Shown here piece by piece: positions 19,003-29,332 of a DNA stretch of 64,000 bases. Source of the DNA: Chloroflexi bacterium 44-23 (GTDB lineage: Bacteria; Chloroflexota; Anaerolineae; Anaerolineales; Anaerolineaceae). Location of the stretch: contig MKUW01000026.1 in assembly GCA_001899005.1 (NCBI GenBank), positions 21,468 to 85,467 of the forward strand, written 5' to 3'. The translations under genes and the position numbers were made by a program. The number at the start of each line of letters is the position of its first letter. The stretch's first letter is position 1. Under the pieces are notes generated by a model that saw only the letters and a program-made list of their open reading frames with translations, did not search any database and was not told the origin of the DNA.

Positions 19003-19869
19003 TTATTTGAGACCGTTTTCACGCTCGACGGCCACAAATCCGATGACTCCTGAGCCAGCGTGTACGGATAAGCCCGGTCCAAAATTTGCGAAAATGATTT
19101 CTTCATTACAGGTAATTTTCTCTTGCAGTAAGTCCAGTAATTTTTGGGCACCCTGCAAGTTATTGACATGAATCATCGCTAATTTATCGATTGATTTGCC
19201 AAGTAATCTTTCATCTATCAATTCAACCAATCGTTTTTCAGCTTTTTTCTGCGTTCGCACTTTTTCTAACAGATCGAGTTTTCCGTTTTGTGCAGTGAGG
19301 ATTGGTTTCACATTAAAGACATCCGCCATTCCAGCGGCAATCTTACCAACTCTGCCGCTCATCGCCAGATATTTAAGAGTAGGCAAAGCTGCGAAAACAT
19401 GAATTCGTTTGCTCAATGAAGAAATGGTTCGTAAAACCTCATCTTTATTGGCACCAGCCGCAGCTTTTTTGGCCGCCTCAAGGACGATGAAACCCTGTCC
19501 CATACAAAGGTTTTCAGAATCAATTACGGTAATGTCCGAATCCGGCAGCATTTCCCTCGCGGTTTCCGCTGCGGAGAAGGTTGCGCTGATCTTGCTGGAA
19601 ACGGTGATGCAGATAATTGTCTGAGCGCCTTCAGATAATGCATTTTGAAAGGCTACAAAAAAAGCGCTTGGCGGTGGTGCAGCGGTTGTGGGAAGTTTAT
19701 TCTTCTGATCAATTAGTTTGAATAATTTTTCATCATCTATATCCAGATTGCTGGTATAGCTCTCATCGCCAAAATGAATAGTGATCGGTACTTGCACAAT
19801 ATTCATCAGAGCTGCTAAATCAAGGGGAATACTGGCATCGCTATCGGTGATTATTGCAATAGTTGGCAT
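19003..19869 (-). CDS. DegV family fatty-acid-binding protein
   Basis: 288 aa. IAIITDSDASIP N-terminus. Its stop lies 1 nt from the convergent coaX stop. Confidence 0.85.
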   Translation of the reverse strand: MPTIAIITDSDASIPLDLAALMNIVQVPITIHFGDESYTSNLDIDDEKLFKLIDQKNKLPTTAAPPPSAFFVAFQNALSEGAQTIICITVSSKISATFSAAETAREMLPDSDITVIDSENLCMGQGFIVLEAAKKAAAGANKDEVLRTISSLSKRIHVFAALPTLKYLAMSGRVGKIAAGMADVFNVKPILTAQNGKLDLLEKVRTQKKAEKRLVELIDERLLGKSIDKLAMIHVNNLQGAQKLLDLLQEKITCNEEIIFANFGPGLSVHAGSGVIGFVAVERENGLK

Positions 19870-20043
19870 GGAATATGATCCTAAAAAATAAAATATGGTG
19901 GAAAAGTTGATTTGTGCGCGATCTTACCAATATAACACAGTAATTATTGTTAGGTTATGAGAAGCAAGCCACCGAAATGTCCAACTTTTCGATTTGAATA
20001 ACTTAACCATTTACTTGCGGTGCAATCTCAGAAGAATAACTTT

Positions 20044-21264
20044 TTAATGCGAAACAATTTGTTTACCCAAATGTGTGAAATCAAGCCCGGTCGGTTCCTG
20101 AAAGATCCGTAGACCAAAATTCTGAGCTGCTGCTACCAGATGATCAAAAATGGATGCCTGGATTAATTCATACTGAAGCCAATCGGTTGTTTTTGTAAAG
20201 ATGTATAACTCTATCGGGAGGCCTGTCGGGTTGGGAGATAAAGATCTAACCAAAAAGGGCATATTTTCGTGAAAAATGTCATCGCGATTGCGCAAATAAG
20301 CAACAATATAACTGCGAAAGACTTCAATGTTTGTGATTTGAGGGCCATCCAACGGAGAATCAGATCGGTCGGCAATATCATTCTGGTATTGCAATAATTT
20401 TTCCAGTTTGGCTGTTATCTTATCTTTAATGAGATCAATTTTCTGAAATTCTTCCATCATAACCTGATCACAAAACCTGATGCTGACCATATCGATTGAA
20501 AACGATCGTTGAATACGGCGCCCGCCACTTTCTTGCATCCCACGCCAGTTTTTATATGCCACATCCACCACTTTATAGGTTGGAATGACAGTATACGTCA
20601 TATCAAAATTGCGTACTTTTATTGAGTTTAAATTGACATTGACAACATCACCATCAGCACCATAACTGGGCACCTCAATCCAATCGCCCTCTTTAAGAAG
20701 GTCATTGGCTACAATCTGTATGCTGGCGACCAAAGAGAGAATTGTATTTTGAAAAATCAGTAATAAAACAGCTGTAAGAGCACCTAACCCGGTTAATAAG
20801 ACCCAGGGAGATTGCCCGGTGAAGATCGTGATACTGAAAATAATTGCGACCAGTACAAAGAGAATTTTGGTTAAATCCAAATAACTTTGTATGGCTACGC
20901 CATTATAATTCTTGCTCTTTTCATAAAGGTCATTGATGGCATTTAATATCCCAAAGGCTGTCACCAGTCCAAGCCAAAGAATCAAAAAAAGAGAGATTGT
21001 AGTGATGATTTTAGAGAGTTGTGGAAAGAGCGGGGCACTGATATAAAGAATGAGCAGGGGGGCAAACCAGGCCAATCTGAAGGGCTTTAAATGACCTACG
21101 AGAATATCATCAACTTTGGTGGTTGAGCGCTTGCTGATAGAAACGATGCCGCGTGCAAGAATCTGTTGGGTAAATAGAAAAGTCAAAACACAAATGATGA
21201 TAAGAGCCGGAAACGCCAATGTAGGGTTTTGTGAGACCCATACCTGAAAATCGGGTATATTCAT
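20044..21264 (-). CDS. Mechanosensitive ion channel family protein (MscS-like)
   Basis: 406 aa. About 5 N-terminal TM helices followed by an MscS beta-domain block GDWIEVPSYGADGDVVNVNLNSIKVRNFD. Confidence 0.8.
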   Translation of the reverse strand: MNIPDFQVWVSQNPTLAFPALIIICVLTFLFTQQILARGIVSISKRSTTKVDDILVGHLKPFRLAWFAPLLILYISAPLFPQLSKIITTISLFLILWLGLVTAFGILNAINDLYEKSKNYNGVAIQSYLDLTKILFVLVAIIFSITIFTGQSPWVLLTGLGALTAVLLLIFQNTILSLVASIQIVANDLLKEGDWIEVPSYGADGDVVNVNLNSIKVRNFDMTYTVIPTYKVVDVAYKNWRGMQESGGRRIQRSFSIDMVSIRFCDQVMMEEFQKIDLIKDKITAKLEKLLQYQNDIADRSDSPLDGPQITNIEVFRSYIVAYLRNRDDIFHENMPFLVRSLSPNPTGLPIELYIFTKTTDWLQYELIQASIFDHLVAAAQNFGLRIFQEPTGLDFTHLGKQIVSH

Positions 21265-21585
21265 ACTCTCTCCCTCAAGAAAATTAAATTGCCAAAATAT
21301 ATCATAAACATCCGTCTGATCGGCAGCATTTTTTTGTACAAAGATACCGGCCTAAATGGACCTGATTTAACCCATTTATTTCATATTGAGGGGAGCTTAA
21401 CATGGTTCCTTGTTTGTGATCATGCCTGTAATAGATAATCTCCTACCTTTCATTAAATTTGGTGCCCTACATAACCTAAAAGTTTTAAGTAATGTTTTTT
21501 CAAATACACTAAATTAGCAGGAGTTATTTTCCAAATAAATGGAATTTCTATTCGAAAATTCATGGATATTAATTGTCCGTCGATT

Positions 21586-21615
21586 AAAAAGGCTTGAGAA
21601 CAATGTCTCAAGCCT
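21586..21615 (-). terminator. Rho-independent terminator of glnS
   Basis: On the minus strand a 10-bp stem aggcttgaga/tctcaagcct with a 6-nt loop is followed by TTTT. It lies 25 nt downstream of the glnS stop. Confidence 0.65.
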
Positions 21616-21639
21616 GTAAATTTGGAAAAGCAAGTGACC

Positions 21640-23310
21640 CTATTTATTCATCTTTGACCATGAATCGCGTAAACCAACTGTTTGGTTAAATACGAGATGT
21701 CCTGGTGTGCTGTCTAAATCGGTGCAGAAATAGCCCTGGCGTTCAAACTGGAAATGATCACCGGACTTTGTGTTGACAAGTGAAGGTTCTACTTTGCAAT
21801 GCGTAAGGACCAATAAGGAAAGGGGATTGAGGTTATCAAGAAAAGTTTCCCCGTCCTCGACCATATCCGGGTCTTCCCGGTTGAACAAACGGTCGTAGAT
21901 GCGAACTTCGGCATCCAGCGCATGCTGGGCTGATACCCAGTGAATGGTGCCTTTGACTTTACGACCATCACTTGAATAACCGCCGCGTGTTTCAGGATCA
22001 TACGTACAATGAACTTCAACGACTTGACCCTGCTCATCTTTTATGAAACCTGTGCATTTGACATAATAGCCATACCGCAAACGTACTTCCTGGCCCGGAG
22101 ACAGACGAAAATACTTGCGAGGTGGCTCTTCCATGAAATCTTCTTTCTCGATGTAGAGCACCTTGGAGAAAGGAACCATGCGTGTCCCGGCGGATTCATC
22201 CTCCGGGTTATTGATGGCTTCCAGTTCTTCCACCAACCCTTCGGGATAGTTGTCGATGATAAGTTTTAATGGATTGATTATACCCATCACGCGTGGGGCG
22301 ATCTTGTTAAGGTGATCGCGAACACAAAACTCCAGCAATGAAATGTCCGCCACACTTTCATTTTTCGCTACACCGGCTTTATCTATAAAAGTTAACACTG
22401 CTTCGGGGGTATAACCGCGCCGGCGCATACCGACCAAAGTGGGCATGCGAGGATCATCCCAACCATTTACATGACTTCCTTCCACCAGCATCTTCAAGAA
22501 GCGTTTACTTAAAATCGTATAAGAAAGTTTTAGCCGTGAAAACTCTATCTGGCGGGGGTGAAAGATATCTAATTTCTCAATGAACCAATCATACAATGGA
22601 CGGTGGGCTTCATAAGCCAGATCACACAATGAATGGGTGACACCTTCGAGAGAATCGGACTGGCCATGTGCAAAATCATACATGGGGTAAATGCTCCAGG
22701 TATCGCCCGTGCGGTGGTGGTTGGCATGCAGGATACGGTACATGACCGGATCGCGCATATTAATATTGCCTGAACTCATATCAATCTTGGCTCGCAACAC
22801 CCGGCTGCCATCCGGAAATTCACCAGCGCGCATGCGGTTGAAGAGATCCAGGTTTTCTTGTATTGAACGTTCACGAAATGGGCTGTTCTTGCCAGGTTCT
22901 GTCAGAGTGCCGCGGTAGGCTCGGATTTCGTCCGCACTGAGGTCATCCACATAGGCATCTCCTTGCTGGATGAGCTGTATTGCCCACTGATAGAGCTGAT
23001 CAAAGTAATCGGATGCGTAATATTCGCGGTCTTCCCAATCAAAACCCAGCCAATGAATGTCTTTCTTGATGGCGTCCACATATTCAATGTCTTCCTTTAC
23101 AGGATTGGTATCATCGTAGCGAAGGTTTGTCTTCCCCCCGAATTGGCGGGCAATACCGAAGTTTATAGCAATTGCTTTCGCATGCCCGATGTGCAGGTAG
23201 CCATTTGGTTCTGGTGGAAAGCGGGTATGGACAACATTAAAACGGCCGCTGGCTAAATCTTCTTCGACTGCATCTACGATAAAATTGGTTGGGGCTGATA
23301 TTTCAGTCAT
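21640..23310 (-). CDS. glnS: Glutamine--tRNA ligase
   Basis: 556 aa class I synthetase. HIGH motif [19 protein letters not shown]-like ILSKR. Collinear with GlnRS catalytic and anticodon-binding beta-barrel domains. Confidence 0.9.
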   Translation of the reverse strand: MTEISAPTNFIVDAVEEDLASGRFNVVHTRFPPEPNGYLHIGHAKAIAINFGIARQFGGKTNLRYDDTNPVKEDIEYVDAIKKDIHWLGFDWEDREYYASDYFDQLYQWAIQLIQQGDAYVDDLSADEIRAYRGTLTEPGKNSPFRERSIQENLDLFNRMRAGEFPDGSRVLRAKIDMSSGNINMRDPVMYRILHANHHRTGDTWSIYPMYDFAHGQSDSLEGVTHSLCDLAYEAHRPLYDWFIEKLDIFHPRQIEFSRLKLSYTILSKRFLKMLVEGSHVNGWDDPRMPTLVGMRRRGYTPEAVLTFIDKAGVAKNESVADISLLEFCVRDHLNKIAPRVMGIINPLKLIIDNYPEGLVEELEAINNPEDESAGTRMVPFSKVLYIEKEDFMEEPPRKYFRLSPGQEVRLRYGYYVKCTGFIKDEQGQVVEVHCTYDPETRGGYSSDGRKVKGTIHWVSAQHALDAEVRIYDRLFNREDPDMVEDGETFLDNLNPLSLLVLTHCKVEPSLVNTKSGDHFQFERQGYFCTDLDSTPGHLVFNQTVGLRDSWSKMNK

Positions 23311-23401
23311 ACTATCTCCAGGTTGTATTAATTGATTTTAAATTCTAACCTTCTTTTGACCTATACGCAACCACAAAAAAGTTCAAAGAGAAGAAAAATT
23401 T

Positions 23402-23492
23402 GTATCTTTTTAATAAAACGGGGTTAGGGAGTGTTTTTAGGCGGGCAATCGTCCGCCTAAAAACACTCTGCCCCTAATTTTTGAAATGATAC
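23402..23492. repeat. ~90-nt imperfect palindromic (long-hairpin) dispersed repeat, copy B
   Basis: gtatctttttaataaaacggggttagggagtgtttttaggcgggcaatcgtccgcctaaaaacactctgcccctaatttttgaaatgatac. The arms are mutually complementary around the core aggcggg/ccgcct. Confidence 0.75.
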
Positions 23493-23565
23493 AAAAATTT
23501 TGTGAATGAACCAACCCTAGGGATAATACTGGTTGGATTCGAATTCAATTGGATTGATGTGAAAA

Positions 23566-24252
23566 ATGATATACTCAACCAAAAAATTGAGGTGTTTAAT
23601 GGTGCTATATGACAACATATTTTTAGATACCCTGAGCAAAGAAAACCATGAAACCTTTATATCTTTAAATTCACCATTGCGTATTCAAGAATACCTGGAC
23701 AGCATTCCCTATGTTGGTGAGGATTTAAATCGCACTCCTGCTAAGGTGATGGCTGACCGCCAATGCCATTGTCTCGATGGCGGGTTATTGGCTGCCCTCG
23801 CTTTAAGGCAGATTGGATTGCAGGCACGTATCATCGATCTGGTGCCGGAAGCAGGGATTGATGATGATCATGTTCTGGCGATATTTCAAATTAATGGTTT
23901 GTTTGGTGCTGTAGCTAAGAGTAATTTTTCCAATTTGAGGTTTCGTGAACCTGTTTATCGTTCTTTAAGAGAATTGGTGATGTCATATTTCGAAGTATTT
24001 ATTAATGTTGACCGGATTAAGACCTTGCGCGGATTTACACGAATTCTTAACTTGCGCCACTATGACAAGTTTGCCTGGCAAACACAACTGAATGGTGTTG
24101 AACAGGTAGTAAAAAGGCTCTATAGCCTTAAAATGATCCCTGTGATTGGTGCTGATACGATTTCTCAATTAAACCTGGTGGATGATCGTTCTTACCAATC
24201 AGGTTTTCTGGGGGTAAATATGGATGGTTTATTTAAGAAAGATATCCATTAA
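23566..24252 (+). CDS. Hypothetical protein, possible transglutaminase-like cysteine peptidase fold
   Basis: 228 aa. CHCLDGGLLAALALRQIGLQARII (Cys followed by a helix) and then DDDHVLAIF resemble the Cys/His/Asp arrangement of transglutaminase-core proteins. This is a weak call. Confidence 0.35.
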   Translation: MIYSTKKLRCLMVLYDNIFLDTLSKENHETFISLNSPLRIQEYLDSIPYVGEDLNRTPAKVMADRQCHCLDGGLLAALALRQIGLQARIIDLVPEAGIDDDHVLAIFQINGLFGAVAKSNFSNLRFREPVYRSLRELVMSYFEVFINVDRIKTLRGFTRILNLRHYDKFAWQTQLNGVEQVVKRLYSLKMIPVIGADTISQLNLVDDRSYQSGFLGVNMDGLFKKDIH

Positions 24253-24255
24253 ACA

Positions 24256-24292
24256 AAAAAAGCCAGGAAGACAACAACCTGAGCTTTTGTTG
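24256..24292. terminator. Possible bidirectional hairpin terminator between convergent genes
   Basis: A-run, then stem agccagg / cctgagct (7 bp with one bulge, 10-nt loop), then T-run. Sits between the 24252 (+) stop and the etfA (-) stop. Confidence 0.4.
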
Positions 24293-24387
24293 ATTTGTAG
24301 GAACAAAATACCTGGTCTTATTAAATGACCGGCACAAAGTATTTTTTGCATCAGATCAATAAATTAGGCCTCAAGCCTACTTTTGTG

Positions 24388-25407
24388 TTATTTTCGCAAT
24401 TTAACCCATTCCGGAAGTATTTTGTAAAGATCGCCGATAACCCCAACATGTGCAACTTCGAAAATTGGTGCTCGGGCATCTTTGTTGATAGCGATGACCA
24501 GTTTGCTGTGACGCATTCCCATCGTATGCTGCAAAGCTCCTGAAATGCCGCAAGCAATATAGACTTCCGGTGCGACTGTTTTCCCTGTCTGACCGATTTG
24601 TAATTCATAAGGTGCGTAACCTGCATCTACCAGTGCGCGAGAAACACCGACGGAGCCATTTAATTTTTCAGCCAGGTTTTTCAAAAGGTTGAAGCCTTGC
24701 TCATACTTCCACTGTTCTATTTCTCCGGCAGGTATGCCGGCTGGAGTAGGGTTAGGGTTGCTTAATAGTCCCCTTCCTCCCGCGACGATTACCCTTGAAT
24801 GTTCCAGCGCAACAAATTGCTGAATGACTGTGCTGGAAATAACCTTTATTCGTTCTTCAGAAAGATCATTTGCGATTGGAATGGTTTCCAGGAAATGAGT
24901 TGCAGAAAATGCTTCCGGAGCTGAAAAACAGGCCATATTGATGGTCAGAATAACTGGTTGGTCCTTTAAGTTAAAAACTTGTCTCGCATTTCCCGCCAAT
25001 ATTTTCCGTGTGACGGTGGTAATGCCATCATTTACAGTGATCGTATCCACAGCAGTGATCAGTTGAGTTTGCAAGGCGGCTCCCATGTGTGCAGATATTT
25101 CTAACGGGAGTGGCATATTCGAAAAAAAGATAGCTCTGAATGGTTTGCTTTTTAGAAAGTTTTCCAGGGTGGGCAAAAAAGATTTTTGCATTATTTCCAC
25201 TATATTAATAGGGAGATGGAACAATCTTGAAATCCCAAAAGAAGCGGCAGTTAATAAAACCTGGTTGTTTTCTGGGCCGATGTAAAGTAAGTCGCTTGTC
25301 TGGCTTCCTCCAGCGGTAAATAAATTGGCAGCCGAGACCAAGGAGCTCAAGCTTTCTCCTAAATTATCTGTTCCAAGCAGTACGATCAGGACGGGTAGAT
25401 TCGTCAT
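24388..25407 (-). CDS. etfA: Electron transfer flavoprotein alpha subunit
   Basis: 339 aa. C-terminal FAD-binding block PEVYIACGISGALQHTMGMRHSKLVIAINKDARAPIF. 4-nt overlap with etfB. Confidence 0.85.
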   Translation of the reverse strand: MTNLPVLIVLLGTDNLGESLSSLVSAANLFTAGGSQTSDLLYIGPENNQVLLTAASFGISRLFHLPINIVEIMQKSFLPTLENFLKSKPFRAIFFSNMPLPLEISAHMGAALQTQLITAVDTITVNDGITTVTRKILAGNARQVFNLKDQPVILTINMACFSAPEAFSATHFLETIPIANDLSEERIKVISSTVIQQFVALEHSRVIVAGGRGLLSNPNPTPAGIPAGEIEQWKYEQGFNLLKNLAEKLNGSVGVSRALVDAGYAPYELQIGQTGKTVAPEVYIACGISGALQHTMGMRHSKLVIAINKDARAPIFEVAHVGVIGDLYKILPEWVKLRK

Positions 25408-26171
25408 GAAAGTGCCTCACTGACTTTTTGGTCCAAAATATTAGCGATATTTACCTCGTTTTCTTCAGAGATTAATTGATGCAGTATTGGTCCGGTCACA
25501 ATTTTTTCTATACGGCTGTCTGCCTGAAAAATTTGATTAAGCTCCAGACCAAGATCTAGCAATGGCCAGCTTTCTATGACAGCTCTGGCTGCTCTACGCA
25601 TTCCCATAAATGATGGAAAACGCGCTTCGCCAAACTCTTTGCTTGCGGATACAACTATTGGAAATTGAACAGAAATGGTCAGAAGTTGATTGAAAAAAGA
25701 TTTTTGTGCGGTGAATATGCCATGATTAATTGCTTCAACCTTTGAAATAAGCGATAGATATGGCCAGTTTAATCTTTCAGCCAGCATACTTGCAGTCGTT
25801 CCATTTTCAATATCGATTGATTGGCGACCGCAGAATGCAATATCTATATCACCGATTTTCCGGATGGCGGCTGCTAAAATGGAGGCGATCTGGTCATTTC
25901 TCAATGATTTGCTGTCATTTTCGATGCGGAGGGCAGAATCACAACCTAACGCCAGCGCTTTTCGAAGGGCACTTTCTTGCTGCAATTCCCCAACGGAAAT
26001 CGCAATCAATTCTGCACCATATTTTTCCTTAATTTGTAAGGCGGCTTCCAAGGCAAACTCATCCCAGGGATTGAGTGTGGGAACATAGCTGGTGAGCTTA
26101 GATTCCTCTGTTGGAATATGGTATGGTTGCGTTAAATCTATTACATTGGTGACAGCAACGACAATTTTCAT
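25404..26171 (-). CDS. etfB: Electron transfer flavoprotein beta subunit
   Basis: 255 aa. MKIVVAV...NPWDEFALEAALQIKE pattern typical of EtfB/FixA. 4-nt overlaps with both neighbours. Confidence 0.85.
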   Translation of the reverse strand: MKIVVAVTNVIDLTQPYHIPTEESKLTSYVPTLNPWDEFALEAALQIKEKYGAELIAISVGELQQESALRKALALGCDSALRIENDSKSLRNDQIASILAAAIRKIGDIDIAFCGRQSIDIENGTTASMLAERLNWPYLSLISKVEAINHGIFTAQKSFFNQLLTISVQFPIVVSASKEFGEARFPSFMGMRRAARAVIESWPLLDLGLELNQIFQADSRIEKIVTGPILHQLISEENEVNIANILDQKVSEALS

Positions 26172-28177
26172 TTATTTTCACTTTGTATTTTACTTAGGAG
26201 GTGCTCGCTCAAATCAAGCACGGGTATTTCACTGCCCTGGGATTTGGCAGCATCTGACAACATCGTATGGCAAAATGGGCAGGATGTTACCACCTGTTTT
26301 ATAGGCTCCTCGGTGAGCTGTTTCCAGCGTTTGATGTTAATCGGTTCGGATAATGGCTGAGATTCCTTCCAATATTGTGCTCCGCCAGCTCCACAGCAAA
26401 AAGTATTGCTCGCCTCATTTTTAAGATTCGCCAGTTCTTGATTTTCCTGTCGAAAAAGCAAACGGACCGGATCGGCAACTTGATTGAAGCGACTCAAATA
26501 ACAGGAATCATGAAAACTGATTTTTGTTTGGTCTGATGATTCAATTAATTTTAGCGTACCATTTTCAACCAGTGTTGCCAGATACTGGCTGGAGTGTATG
26601 ACTGAGAAATCGCCCCCCAAGGATCTGTAATCGTTTTTAAGATTGTGCAGGCAATGAGGGCAGGAAGTAACAATTCGTTTTGGATTGACTTGATTCAATT
26701 TCTCGATATTGCTAAGGGCCATCTGCTGGTATAGGTCTTCTCTGCCTGCTCTACGAACAGCGTCACCGCTACAATTTTCGAGTTCACCTAAAACCGCGTA
26801 ATTTACTTGGGCTGCGTTTAATATTTTTGCAAACGATCGGGAAGCTTTTTTGGCATTTTCCTCAAAAGCACCAGCGCATCCGACCCACCAGAGAATGTCC
26901 GGGTGTGGATTTTCATTAATGGTGGTCACTTGTAGCCCTTCAGCCCAATCCAGACGATGTTGGCTTGATATCCCCCAGGGGTTGGCTGTATGCTCAACAT
27001 TTTTGAATAAGAGCTGGAGGGGTTTTGGGAATTTATCTTCCATCAGCACCAGTCCTCGCCGGATTGCCAAAATATCGGCGAGTGGATCAATACCCACCGG
27101 GCAAATTTCTACACAGGCACCGCAGGCAGTACAATCCCAGAGCGCCTGTTCGCTGATTGCATAGGTCGTCAATTTTGGCGATTTAAAATCAGGAAACGCA
27201 AATTGTTTGCCGCGCGCATTTAAAAATAAGCGTTTGTTGATTTCATAAGCTGCCGGTGAGAGGGGTGATCCACTCTGGTAGGGGGGACAGACTTCCTGAC
27301 AGCGGAAACACATAATGCATGCGAATGAGTCAAAGATAGCGCTGCGATCCATTTCCTCCAGCCTTAATGCCCCAAAAACTTCAATTTGAGGATCATCCAG
27401 GTTAAGGTCAGGCAGATTCGAGAACCAGGGTTGTTGTGACCGAAAGAGAAAGTTGAGTGGTGCGAAGAACAAATGCAGATGTTTGGATCTTGGGAAATAG
27501 GGAATAAAAATCAGTAAAGAAAGGATGGATGTCCAAAAGAGTAATTTCCAAATTAACCCAAGATTGGCAGATAGAGCCCATACGGTTGATAATAAACCTG
27601 AAAAAGGAAGCCAGATAGAGCGAGGCATCATTTGGAGTCTGATAGATTCTGCCGCCGCACGGCTGCCTACATGAATGATAATTAAGCCGGCTACAACCAA
27701 CGAATCACGCCGAATAATCTGGTTCATAATGGGCATCGTCATTACATTCTCGCGGGATTTAAATTGGTTAGCGTTTAGCAAACGCCGGATAACAAAAAAA
27801 ACAATACTGACCAAAATAACAGCATAGACAACGTCACTGGCGTACAAAAAAATATTTGAAAAAGCACTCTGCGAATCAAATTTGCCTATGAAAACAGAGA
27901 GCATATCAGCGCTATTAATAATCAAGAAGAAGATAAAACCCCACACGATGAATAAGTGAAATAAGTTTGACCAAAATCGTGTTTTCCAGGTTGACAAGAG
28001 TAATATTACTTTTTGAAATAAAACTTTTATTATGTTTGTTAAAGAAAATCTACCCAACCTGCTTTTACCACGCCTGATAATAGCTGAATACTCCCGAATT
28101 ATCAGAAACGCATAACCAGCTGTTGTCAACAAGACGAAAGTGTAGATTGTTTTTTCAATAAGATTGAATTCAATCAT
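26168..28177 (-). CDS. Membrane-anchored Fe-S oxidoreductase (HdrD/GlpC-like CCG protein; ETF:quinone oxidoreductase candidate)
   Basis: The N-terminal ~250 aa carry about 6 TM helices. Two ferredoxin motifs, CIMCFRCQEVCP and CTACGACVEICP. Two CCG-type Cys-rich domains (CPHCLHNL..., CCGAGG, CPFCHTML). Confidence 0.8.
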   Translation of the reverse strand: MIEFNLIEKTIYTFVLLTTAGYAFLIIREYSAIIRRGKSRLGRFSLTNIIKVLFQKVILLLSTWKTRFWSNLFHLFIVWGFIFFLIINSADMLSVFIGKFDSQSAFSNIFLYASDVVYAVILVSIVFFVIRRLLNANQFKSRENVMTMPIMNQIIRRDSLVVAGLIIIHVGSRAAAESIRLQMMPRSIWLPFSGLLSTVWALSANLGLIWKLLFWTSILSLLIFIPYFPRSKHLHLFFAPLNFLFRSQQPWFSNLPDLNLDDPQIEVFGALRLEEMDRSAIFDSFACIMCFRCQEVCPPYQSGSPLSPAAYEINKRLFLNARGKQFAFPDFKSPKLTTYAISEQALWDCTACGACVEICPVGIDPLADILAIRRGLVLMEDKFPKPLQLLFKNVEHTANPWGISSQHRLDWAEGLQVTTINENPHPDILWWVGCAGAFEENAKKASRSFAKILNAAQVNYAVLGELENCSGDAVRRAGREDLYQQMALSNIEKLNQVNPKRIVTSCPHCLHNLKNDYRSLGGDFSVIHSSQYLATLVENGTLKLIESSDQTKISFHDSCYLSRFNQVADPVRLLFRQENQELANLKNEASNTFCCGAGGAQYWKESQPLSEPINIKRWKQLTEEPIKQVVTSCPFCHTMLSDAAKSQGSEIPVLDLSEHLLSKIQSENK

Positions 28178-28180
28178 GTG

Positions 28181-29332
28181 TTACCTTGTTCTTAATCCAA
28201 GCTCATTCGCAATCAGCATCTTTTGCATTTCACTGGTACCAGAATAGATTTTTGCTCCTATCGCATCGCGCAAGAAACGTTCAATTTCGTAGTCAGTTGT
28301 ATAACCATATCCTCCAAATATTTGGATTGCATCCAGAAAAGTTTGAATGGCGCCTTCACTGATCGCTAACTTGGCGCTCGATGATGATAATGCCGGGTCA
28401 TCATGATCGAAAGCCCAAGCGGCTTTATAAAGCAGTAAACGGGCTGATTCCAGGCGTAAGTGCATATCAACGATTTTTGAACTAATCGCCTGATTGGCAG
28501 CCAGAACCTGTTTGAATTGGGTGCGTCGGTTGGCGTACTCGATACAGTCTTCCAATTGACGTTGCATTCTGCCAATAAAAGGTGCCAGGATAAATCCGCG
28601 CTCCCACTGCATGATACGGGAGAAGATGCGAAAACCCATATTTGCTTTTCCCAGACGTTGTGATATTGGGATATGACAATCTTGAAAGATGATGTCTGCC
28701 ATTGGAGATGTGCGGGTGCCCATCTTTTCAGTTTTGCTTTCTATTTGTAAGCCAGGTGTGTTTCGTTCCAGTAGAAAGGCATTTATCGCGGCGAATCCCA
28801 TCGATCGGTTTGTGGTTGCAAAGACGAGAAAGAAATCAGCTACTGGCGCATTGGTGACAAAAGTTTTGCGCCCATTCAGAATATACATGTCACCTTCTAA
28901 GCGCGCACTGGTCTCCATAGACATGGCATCTGAGCCTGCCTGTGGTTCACTGATCGCATGTGCCCCAACCCATTCACCCGAACAAAGTTTTGGTAAAAAC
29001 GAACGCTTTTGTTCATCAGAGCCATACATAAAAACAGGCAAGGTGACAGCCCATAAATGTGCCCCCATCGACAAAAATAAACCAGCATCTTTGCAGCCAT
29101 AACCAAATCCCTCAAGGAGATATGCGCCGCTGAGGGCATCCAGATCCAGACCGCCATAGTCCTCTGAAATTGTTAAACCGAGCAAGCCCATTTGGCCTAT
29201 TGCGAGCCACTTTTCACGAGAAAAATGGCCAAGACGGTCATCTTCGATGATATTACTATTCATTTTTGCCCGGGCAAATTGGATTGCCTGCCGGTACATT
29301 TCCTGTTGTTCATTGTTCCATGAAAAATCCAT
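28181..29332 (-). CDS. Acyl-CoA dehydrogenase family protein
   Basis: ORF track runs to 29359. ATG 29332 (MDFSWNNEQ) is preceded by AGGAG. ACAD blocks ISEPQAGSD, YILNGRKTFVTNAPVADFFLVFAT, MQWERG and IYSGTSEMQ. Confidence 0.85.
   Translation of the reverse strand: MDFSWNNEQQEMYRQAIQFARAKMNSNIIEDDRLGHFSREKWLAIGQMGLLGLTISEDYGGLDLDALSGAYLLEGFGYGCKDAGLFLSMGAHLWAVTLPVFMYGSDEQKRSFLPKLCSGEWVGAHAISEPQAGSDAMSMETSARLEGDMYILNGRKTFVTNAPVADFFLVFATTNRSMGFAAINAFLLERNTPGLQIESKTEKMGTRTSPMADIIFQDCHIPISQRLGKANMGFRIFSRIMQWERGFILAPFIGRMQRQLEDCIEYANRRTQFKQVLAANQAISSKIVDMHLRLESARLLLYKAAWAFDHDDPALSSSSAKLAISEGAIQTFLDAIQIFGGYGYTTDYEIERFLRDAIGAKIYSGTSEMQKMLIANELGLRTR

Noticed and set aside
17039-19869. DegV-coaX-DegV sandwich with convergent stops 1 nt apart (19001/19003) and pgm/DegV stops 12 nt apart
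   Set aside because: This is a tidy arrangement, but nothing in the sequence links the DegV paralogues and CoaX functionally, and the compact convergent ends are unremarkable. It is noted only as context for the repeat element.
23528-23548. tRNA-like T-arm string (ggttggattcgaattcaattgg)
   Set aside because: No acceptor stem, anticodon arm or CCA-compatible cloverleaf can be drawn around it.
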